Assembly (NCBI GenBank): GCA_022813965.1
Contig: JALDZS010000008.1
Coordinates: forward strand, 124,001 to 188,000
DNA length: 64,000 nt
Source of the DNA: Toensbergia leucococca
Lineage: Eukaryota
Direction of reading: 5' to 3'
Position numbers and translations under genes: made by a program. Positions 1 through 9,196 of this stretch are shown piece by piece. Numbering within the stretch: the stretch's first letter is position 1; each line of letters opens with the position of its first letter. The notes beneath the pieces are model-generated. The model ran no database searches and was not told the DNA's origin. It saw only the letters and a list, made by a program, of their open reading frames with translations.

Positions 1-71
1 ACCTAGACATTGCAATGCAGCATGCGCCCACGGCTCCAGCCAGAATTTAGTCACGTCAACTTCTGGTCAGG

Positions 72-2815
72 ATGTTAGGACTACGCGGATTTCTAGGTAG
101 AACTGGCGCAGGGGCGTCCAAAGGGGTATCCAGTAAGCATTCATATGTCACTGGAAACCTTTTTAGGCCACGGCAAGGATCTCCAAGGAAGAACCATGGA
201 AATGGCCAACGCAATCAGACTACTGAGGCAGGAGATAAAAAGTCTGGCCACATCAACGCTGGGCCAAATGAAGCCATTCTTTTTCTGGATAGTATGCTCC
301 ATGTCCTTGAAGATCGAACTATGGGTACTGATGCTACGGTGTAGATGTTTTTCCCCTTAAGCTCCGCTTCATGCTTGGACTCCCTTTTATCAACGTTGAT
401 AAATCTCTCCCAACGCTTCTGAAGCGTCTCAAGAGCCCCGTAGCGGCAGCTGCAGACCCCATGAGCATCATCAAGCGCGCTATACCAGAAAGTCTGCCCA
501 TCAAAATCACCGACATTCTCCCACGCCTGAAAGAGGGTGGTGCGTTCGTCAAGTTCTCCCACGAGCCCCATATTCAAGTCAACGAGATTGAGGGAACGCT
601 GCGAGGCTTCTTGAAGGAGAATCCTATCAAGCCATGGTTCAATCCTTTTCGGCGAGTGCGTACGTTCTTGGTCTACGGGAGGCCATGGGTGGAGGATTTA
701 CATCGTTTTCCAAGCTCGAGGCTGAAGGTGGAATTCCTACCTACCAAACCTGGAGGGGACGCAGCCGAACTTTCCCAGGAGACGTTGTACTCGCTCTTCC
801 GGAAATATGGAAAACTTGCTGATATCATGCCGCAACCTACAGATTCAAAAGTCCTGCCAAAGTTCGCGTTCCTTAACTTCATAAGAACTAGGAACGCTAT
901 TATGGCAAAGAATTGCATGCATGGTTTTACGTTGCCGGAAAATCAGGGTGGTGGTATGGCAGGAACAGTCTTGAAACTTGGCTACGAGCAAAAAATCAAA
1001 GCGCACTGGATCAGAGACTGGCTGTTTAGCCACCCGAGAGTTGTGATACCTGCTGTTGCCGCACTGGTTGCCACCATCACTGTAGCAGTATTCGATCCGT
1101 AGGTGTGGTCCCCCCATTCTTATGATCTCACCGCTGATTTCATTTGTAGCATCCGGACGTTTTTCATCAAAGCCCACATTACTCACAACTTTCACATCTC
1201 TACTAACAAAGCCTACAAATGGTTGAGATCACAGGTAACTCGCGCGAACGACATCTTGAACTTCAAAAAGCAAAGGACCGAAGACGCGGGCCTAAGTGCC
1301 ATTTGGGACGATCGAAAAGACGACATTGAACAGATCCAAAGCTGGCTTATGGAAACCGCAGATACCTTTATCGTAGTCCAAGGTCCTCGAGGCTCTGGCA
1401 AAAAGGAACTCGTCATGGATCAAGCTCTCAAGAATCGCAAGAACAAGCTCGTCATCGACTGCAAGCCAATCCAGGAAGCACGAGGCGACAGTGCCACTAT
1501 CTTCGCTGCAGCTGTCGAAGTTGGTTACCGGCCTGTGTTCTCATGGATGAACAGTTTCAGCAGCCTGATTGACCTTGCAGCTCAGGGTACCATTGGAACA
1601 AAGACCGGCTTCTCGGAAACTCTCGAGACTCAGCTGACCAATATATGGCAACAGACTGCGACAGCGCTCAAACAGATTGCTTTGACAGAAGGGCGCAAGA
1701 AAGACGACAAAGACGCAGCACTGAGCGATGACGAGTATCTTGAAGCCCATCCGGAGCGTCGGCCCGTTGTGATCATCGACAATTTCCTTCATAAGAGCCA
1801 AGAGAGCACACTAGTCTATGACAAAATCTCGGAATGGGCCGCTGCACTGACGACCGCCAACATCGCCCATGTCATTTTTCTCACCAACGATGTCTCATTC
1901 TCGAAATCCCTCAGCAAAGCTCTCCCGGACCGGGTATTCCGCCAGATATCACTCGGCGACTGCACGCCAGGGGTGGCGAAGCGATACGTAATCAACCAGC
2001 TGAACGCAGAGACCGACGACGCGGATGACATTGCCAGCGGCGACATCCAGCTCCTGCCATCACAAAGGCGTAAAGATCTCGGCGAGCTGGACGAATGTAT
2101 GGAAACGCTCGGAGGCCGGCTTACCGACCTAGACTTCCTAGCCAGACGAATCAAGACTGGAGAAACGCCAAAGAGTACGTAACCCCCATTTTATATCCAA
2201 AGTCTCCCACCCGCCCCCAAAAAAAAGAATAAATGCATCAAACCAACCTCGCTCCAAAAAACAGAAGCCGTCCGCGAAATCATCGAGCAATCGGCCTCGG
2301 AAATCCTCAAAATGTACATCCTCGACATCGACCCGACCACCCGCGACTGGACCCCAGAACAAGCCTGGCACCTCATCAAACGCCTCGCCTCAACCGACAC
2401 CCTCCGCTACAACGAAGTCCTCCTCTCAGACACGTACAAAACCCACGGCGAACGCACCCTCCAAGCCCTCGAACAAGCCGAACTCATCACCATCCTCTCC
2501 ACCAACGGCCGTCCCGCTAGCATCAAGCCCGGCAAACCCGTGTACCAAGCCGCGTTCCGCTATTTGGTTGCGGATGAGGTATTGAAGGCTCGGTTGGATT
2601 TGGCGACGTTGGGGCAGCTGATCAAGCTAGAGACGGCGGCGATTGAGAGGTTTGAGGCTGAGTTGGGGTTATTGGGGGGGTTGCCGGGACGGCCGGGGGA
2701 GGTGGGCGGGAGGGTTAGGTGGTTGCTTGGGAAGTTGGGGGAGGGTCAGAGGAAGGTTGAGGGGTATGAGGGGGAGAGTGCGAGGTTGAAGGGGGTGCTT
2801 AGGGGGGAGTATTAA
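72..2815 (+). CDS. YME2: Mitochondrial escape protein 2 (RRM + RNA12/AAA-like domain), about 4 exons
   Basis: Spliced ORFs 72-~291, ~344-1098, ~1150-2176, ~2264-2815. Motifs PRLKEGGAFVKF, GRPWVEDLHRFPS, LYSLFRKYGKL (RRM), FIVVQGPRGSGK (P-loop), LGGRLTDL. Confidence 0.92.
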
Positions 2816-3758
2816 GACGCGGGGGTATGTATTTGTGCGCTTGTTGTATTTTTGGAGTTATGGAGGCAAGGGAGGGCGGCGATACCACTATTGTATGTTT
2901 CTCCTCTTCTTTTTCCTCCTGTTTTTTGCGCATTTGTGAGCGGGGTTTTCTAAAGTCTATATGGGTTATGTGTCTCCGCTCGGCAAATAAAGAAGGAGTG
3001 TATTTATCGATCCTGCTTATATACATATACACGTACATCTCTCTCTCTCTTTACTAGAGATTTTTTAACAACACTTCCGCGAATGGATGGGCTGGAAGAT
3101 GTATATACCCCTTTTCCATCTTCATTTTCTGTCCAACTTTCTTTTGGGAAAATGAAGAGTTGTTGGAGGGAGGCTTTGGATTGGGGGTTGGGGGAGATGG
3201 GGTGTGTGGGTAGTGAATTGAAGAAGGAGTTGGATTTGTTTTTATGTGAGTTTTTCTCTCTTGGTACGAGTGAGTGGATTGTTCACAGGGATGCCTTTCA
3301 TCATGCGCAGACTTCTTCAACTTTCACTTTCGCCTTCCCTCATGATCTTGAGCAAATCCGTGGTTTCTTCACTAGCAAGAGAAATCCATTTCACTAATGT
3401 CGATTTCTTCATCGGCGGAGGATTCCCTATCTCTATTGTCCTGTTTTGCGTGTGAAGGAAGAAGGACACGCGGCGCTGAAGAGGGTGCTCTGCCTATATA
3501 TAGTCGCTGTGGCCTCTCTTGGAGAGCTCATATTCAAAGACAGACAGACATACATTAGCAACAATAACCAAGATTTGAAGACTTTCAAAGATTTTTACCA
3601 AAGATATTCAAAGACCGCCAAGACATCAACACAGATATCCAAAAGACGATTCGAATAACACCACTATCACCAGTACACATACCCAAACGATCACACAGCT
3701 TCTTCTTTGTACCTCTCTAATATTCAATTTCACACGACTTGGCTAAAGCCTATCCCAC

Positions 3759-3986
3759 ATGATGACTGTATACTGGGAGTGCTGTCACTGCACAGGAAAG
3801 AACGGTGAAAATCTCGAAAATTGCTCGTGGTCAGACCCAAAAATCTCAAATACCCCAGTCACGGTTAAGAACGATCCTAAAAAAGATTGGGGCGCGGGAA
3901 CAGAAAAGATGAAGGTACCATGCCCCCATAAGAAGTGTGATAAATGCAAAATGGGAATTGGAGAAGGGGCATTACAGCGACCGTAA
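3759..3986 (+). CDS. Small Cys-rich putative zinc-ribbon microprotein (75 aa)
   Basis: ORF with WxCCxC at the N-terminus and CxHxxCxxC near the C-terminus. TATA-like CTATATATAG at ~3494 followed by an A/C-rich leader. Confidence 0.6.
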   Translation: MMTVYWECCHCTGKNGENLENCSWSDPKISNTPVTVKNDPKKDWGAGTEKMKVPCPHKKCDKCKMGIGEGALQRP

Positions 3987-4771
3987 GGCCCCTTTTCAAG
4001 ACATTGAAAAAGCCCCTCAAGGTACGCTGTAGCTGACGATAGAAAAACAGCGGGACTCCTACCAATGTATAAACCTCGTCAAGGATACTGGTACATCAGT
4101 GATATGGGACCCTAAGAGACCCTGATAGGCCGCATTGTATGATTTACCGAGGAGGTTGTATTTCTCATTGTGTTTGTCATTTAGAGTGGTACTCAGTACT
4201 TGCTAGGCGTCTAGGATGCGTCATGGCGTTGGACTTTTTTTTGATTTTGATTTTATCAAGCTTTGTGTTGCTTGTTTTCACTTTGAGCAGTGTAATTTGA
4301 GTGCTAGCTTGCTCTGTTTTGCGTTTGAATTTTGATGAATATTATAGGGCTTCTAAATTGCGTGCGAGAGTTAGTAGTTTATGAAGAAAAGATAAAGGTT
4401 TTGATTAGTGATCTTGATTCTCTTCACACATAGGACAACGCAAATTGTATGATTAGGTGAAGGGAACTTCTTTTAATGTTTGTGAGGACTTCCTGTGAAG
4501 CATACAGAGCAGTGACTCATGTGAGGAACGCACGTTGATGGGTATAGTTCAAGTAGTATGTATCGCATAATCTGATATACAAGTGACCTCTTATAGTGAT
4601 ATTTGATGTGAGGTTGAGGCTATTGCTTGAGTAATTCCATGGTCAGACTCTCTACCTCAAGCTTAGCAGTCCTGAGGGTCTCAATTCAGTCAAAGATCAA
4701 GCGCTTGATGATCATCTGAATTACTAGATCAAATCAACTGCTTTAAATACATATGAAATCACCTTCATATG

Positions 4772-5183
4772 ATTAGTCAGTTGCAAAATCATTGAGAATC
4801 TCTTGACATTTTCTTTTTTCTCTCCCTCTCTTGTGCGGTTTTTGAAAAACACTGAATAGAGCTTGAATTCAGGCAGATTGTAGAGCTTTGTCATGTGATT
4901 TTATAACAACAGAATTCAATTAAACACTACTAACATTCATGAAGATATTCTCAATAAAGGTTTCATTTATGAGATTAATGAGGTTATAAAAAGATCTGAA
5001 CATTATGATTGATTCATCAATTCAAAATTATGATATCTTTCTGATCACATGACAAAGCTCTACAATCTGCCTGAATAAGCTTTTTGATTCAAGCTCTACT
5101 CACTGTTTTCTAAAAAACACACAAAAGAGGGAGGGAAAAAGGAAAATGTCAAAAGATTCTCAGTGATTTTGCAACTGACTAAT
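4772..5183. mobile_element. Non-autonomous TIR DNA-transposon relic (~410 bp, ~130-bp imperfect terminal inverted repeats)
   Basis: 4772-4899 (attagtcagttgcaaaatca...gctttgtcatgtgat) is the reverse complement of 5043-5183 apart from mostly transition mismatches and a ~11-nt indel. It lies in AT-rich, CpG-poor DNA. Confidence 0.8.
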
Positions 5184-5860
5184 GATATTCAAAATATACA
5201 GAATTATCTAGCCTACTACTTACTCTATGCGTAATAAGGTAATTCTTATGATCACTTCACTGACATTATTACAATTACTATTCAGATTTTTTAGGCTCAA
5301 GGGCTATTGATTCAGAGTGTTTGTTCCTTAATATCAATAAGACTCAGTGCTTAACCCTTACTTATCTGTAACCTGTACACCTTCAAATTGCCTCAGGAGT
5401 CATGTTAGTACCATGAAATTGGCTGCCTTAACTACTAAATCAGGTAAGTTCAGTAGGTCTTATACATTTCTTCCCTTCGATACCCAACTCCCCCCCAATA
5501 TCTTGCTCCTAAGCCGGGCTAAATTAGGGCACATCAGAAGCACGTGCATCACGGTCTAGTACCCTTAGCCGCATCTACACTCCTCATCCTCTATATCCGG
5601 GACCCTCCTTCTGAATAGAAACTTCCTTAGGCCATTTTTTTCGGTCCGTATCTGTATGATCATTGAGCTAATAGCGCTAGGAACCTTGTTATGTAGGTAG
5701 GCTGAGTATTCTGGATGTCGGGATGGGAATCAATTTGTATGTGGAACGTCCCGTTCCCACCTCCATATGTAAGACAAATCCTAGGTAATTCCCCGATGCC
5801 CTGAGGCCGAAACATGACTAATAAGATGACTGTAACAGGCCATCTCCACCAATTACCTTA

Positions 5861-6020
5861 CTCGTGCGGCCGAAAGGTCTATCTTCTTGGCAGTCTAACC
5901 CGATCAGAATCAACCAATCGAACCGCTTACATTCCCACCTATCCTGAGATGTGGGCAACTTGATTGGTGGTCCCCGATCGGGTTAGACTGCCAAGAAGAT
6001 AGACTTTTCGGCCGCACGAG
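5861..6020. mobile_element. 160-bp hairpin MITE, copy 1 (TA-flanked, ~45-bp TIRs)
   Basis: TA|CTCGTGCGGCCGAAAGGTCTATCTTCTTGGCAGTCTAACCCGATC ... GATCGGGTTAGACTGCCAAGAAGATAGACTTTTCGGCCGCACGAG|TA. A near-identical inverted copy is at 58323-58482. Confidence 0.9.
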
Positions 6021-6609
6021 TACATGCCCACCCACTATCATGCTATCGTGCTCCATCAGCGCTCTAAACAGACTGAAATTGAGAGAGCTGAAAACGCAGA
6101 ATCCCCGCGCTTCAGCCGACAGGGGACCTGTTTAAATATTCTATGAGTTATCATCATAGGAATACTCCCTACCTTCTTTACACCCGTTACAGTGAGCTTC
6201 TCTTTCACGTCATACTTGTATGTTTGATCTTTAGGACGTATAAAAGTCCCGAACAGGCTATTTTCCAATGTTTTTTCAACGGTAAGATCTGTTCCCGAGA
6301 TCCAAGCACCTACGCACAGCCTAGACACGCCATGCATAATGTACTGTGCTTGAGGGGGAAAAAATAGCCGGAAAATAGAATAGATTCACTGTGAGAGAAT
6401 GTCCCCTTAGAAATGCAGCGAGCTTACTGTTGAGGCTAAACCGGTATGTTGGCATCATGGGACTGGGCCATAGGCGAGTGAACCTCGTCTTAGACTGCAA
6501 CTCGCTTTGCTCGCTGCAATCAGGCGACCCTCCATCTAATAATTGCCCGCTATATTTCCCCACGCGAGCTAGAGTCGATACGAGATGCCGATCCCGATAA
6601 GCGCTGGCT

Positions 6610-6715
6610 CTCGTACTTTCCAGATAATCGCCCACCAAATACTCGTAGTGTTCAATGATTGGTTGGAATCCCTGTTACGCTAATGGCACCAGCAGTCATA
6701 TCTGAAAAGTACGAG
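6610..6715. repeat. Short inverted-repeat element with CTCGT...ACGAG termini
   Basis: CTCGTACTTTCCAGATA (6610-6626) pairs with TATCTGAAAAGTACGAG (6699-6715), 16/17 match. Confidence 0.5.
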
Positions 6716-7270
6716 TCGCCTCTGAACGTCCAGGTAGTACTTTGCTCTATCACCACAAGTCGTCCGTGAAGCACTCTGGAGTCGCCTTACAACACATATT
6801 CAACTAGGAGTCTCGGTACACTGTTATAAGCATTAGTTCTGTGTACCGTTGAATTCAGTGAGTACTCTGTGTGTGTGTCCAAGCACGCTTTAGGACAAAT
6901 ATAAAAAGCAACTCGGTAGATCACTGGATGATTTTACACTAACAGCCCGTGTTACTGAATCTTGGAAGCAAGCCTATCGCCATGGGCACACCTCCGAAGG
7001 TGTGTTGAAAATGCATTGTGGCTTTGAGACATGGTCAAAAGGCTTGTTGTGCATACTGCAGACAGACGGGAAATGCTGCCTTGCATACTGTTGAGAGAGG
7101 GGAAAGGCATCCGTAACCTTCTGGGACATATATACTGCCATGATCGTCAGCACAAGAGGATCTTGTGAATCTCATAACAAAGATCCTTTTTTGATATAGC
7201 AACTAGTACATTGAATTACCACAGCACTGCCAGAGTCCCTAAGAGTCAAGCTTAGACTTGTTCGCCCATC

Positions 7271-8584
7271 ATGGCTATGCCCTATCCCGAAGGCGAGGTC
7301 TTTTTTAAGCGTTCAGCGCTGCAGCTCCCAGGAAGATTTGACCCAGAAAATCTGACAGACTTCACATCTAACATCCTGATTGAATACGTATGTAACCAGA
7401 CAGTGAACTGCATACACTACCGGGCTTATCCATGCTATGCTACGGTCGGCAAGGAGAAGTTCTATTACTCAAGCTCGTTCAATGTCATGTTCTCCCAAGA
7501 GGACGACGTAGCGAGCATTTCCCGGGTGGTTAAAATCCAACCCATGCAGGATGGAACAGAGCTTCGAGATCGAGCCAAAGGCGGACCCAACAAGGTTGTC
7601 GTAATGCCAGTACCGGTCAAGAAAGGCGAGAGATACTTGTACATGGACCTGCTTGTGCCAGTACGAGCCGTGTATCTACCTCTGGCACAGTATGCAACCG
7701 ATCTCAATGAAGATCTGTGTACCTACATCATGGTCGATTTTCGACATAGAAAAGGGGTGGAAATGATGTTCCCCGGTGGCTTTGTCCAAGACCAGAACAT
7801 AGATTGGCCAGACAGCAGGCCGATTCCTGAAAATGAGGATTTCGCATCACTATCGGCAAAGGCCGCACAGGGGGAGGGAGAAGCAATACGGTTGAATGAG
7901 TTTGGTGAAGCGGTCAACGCGGATGAAGCTGTCAACGCGGATGAAGCGGTCAATGCGGATGACCAGGAAGCTATAACCTATGATTATTCAGACTATGCGA
8001 GCCAGGATTTTAGTAACAAGGACGGCCTGGGTATCCAAAGCAATCGAACGTTGGGGCTAGACATGCTTGGTATCTACAATTTGCTGGTACTGCCGCGACA
8101 GCTGCGAAGCCGTGACAAGGGACTCTACAAGCCTCTCAACCCTGCTGATACGCTCATCAAGAACTACGACTACCATGCTCTCAACAACTACGCTCGTTAC
8201 AACGTCGAAAATCGTGAATTCCAACCCATATTGGACTATTCCCAAGTCATCTCCGACCAATTTGGAGTCGACGTAACATGGCAGCCCTATGTATACAAAG
8301 CAGAGACCGCCACTCTTGTCTCTCAGGTATTCCAAATTATCGGCACGACCGGACTGAATTTCATCCCCATAATTGGTCCCTTGGCAACCTGCGGCTTTTC
8401 CGCCTTCATGGAGGCCATCAATGATCCAGACGGCTTCAAGAAGAATAACATCTTGAAATTTGACGATAACACGCTGATTGCAATACTCGAAAGCGCGACC
8501 GACGTGGCAAGGAATCTGCCAACGCTCAAGGGAAAGGGAGGCGCTATCCAAGTCATCAAATTGGCAACGTCAAGAATGGTCTAA
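7271..8584 (+). CDS. Intronless 437-aa protein of unknown function with an internal (EAVNAD)x3 repeat
   Basis: Long uninterrupted ORF with a good start context (cccatcATGG) and TATA-like CATATATAC at ~7127. Protein-like composition, but no family I recognise. Confidence 0.8.
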   Translation: MAMPYPEGEVFFKRSALQLPGRFDPENLTDFTSNILIEYVCNQTVNCIHYRAYPCYATVGKEKFYYSSSFNVMFSQEDDVASISRVVKIQPMQDGTELRDRAKGGPNKVVVMPVPVKKGERYLYMDLLVPVRAVYLPLAQYATDLNEDLCTYIMVDFRHRKGVEMMFPGGFVQDQNIDWPDSRPIPENEDFASLSAKAAQGEGEAIRLNEFGEAVNADEAVNADEAVNADDQEAITYDYSDYASQDFSNKDGLGIQSNRTLGLDMLGIYNLLVLPRQLRSRDKGLYKPLNPADTLIKNYDYHALNNYARYNVENREFQPILDYSQVISDQFGVDVTWQPYVYKAETATLVSQVFQIIGTTGLNFIPIIGPLATCGFSAFMEAINDPDGFKKNNILKFDDNTLIAILESATDVARNLPTLKGKGGAIQVIKLATSRMV

Positions 8585-9110
8585 GCTTAGTAGTAGAAGG
8601 TCTCTTGGTTCTACTAACCAACAGTTGATGGGTGGAGGCGAAATGGGAGCTGAGATTTGTTTATACGAGTTGCGCATGATTAAGAATAGCGAGGCAAAGA
8701 TTGGTCCGGGCCTTGTAGTAATCTTTCTCCACGACACCTTCCTTAACAGCGCCCCCTCCTCTCAATCCTACCCCTTCCCCCATCTCCATCTCGCCCGCCA
8801 GTCCAAGCAGACCCCACCCGAAGCCTCCTCACATACCTCCACCCCCAACGCCTTCCTCGCTCTCCTCTTCCTCTCCCTTGCATCCCAATCCCTGAACCCC
8901 TCCTCCAGCCACGCCCTCCGCCTCTCCTCCATGCTCCTCCTCTCCTGTAACCCTCTCCCGCTAAATCCGGGTATGGCGTACGCCATCCATGGATGACGAT
9001 AATCCACCAATGGTGTGCAACGTAGATGACTAAAGGATGATGGGAGGATGATTGATGGAAGGATGTTGATTTATCTAATCTTATCTGATCGACCATCTAA
9101 GGTTGCAAGG

Positions 9111-9143
9111 ATCGCGCGACGCGAGATTGACAAAGCACGCGAC
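9111..9143 (+). promoter_or_regulatory. Cluster of MCB-like (ACGCG/CGCG) elements upstream of CTF4
   Basis: ATCGCGCGACGCGAG...GCACGCGAC lies 55-85 bp before the CTF4 ATG. MCB/MBF elements are typical of G1/S replication genes. Confidence 0.5.
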
Positions 9144-9196
9144 TTCATAATTAGGGCTCGCAACATGAAATCCCCAACGGCCTACATCATAGCAGT

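Noticed and set aside
8478..9096. ORFs of 80-172 aa over a C-rich tract, with palindrome ATGGCGTACGCCAT near 8973
   Set aside because: Composition-driven ORFs with no recognisable domain; not supportable as genes.
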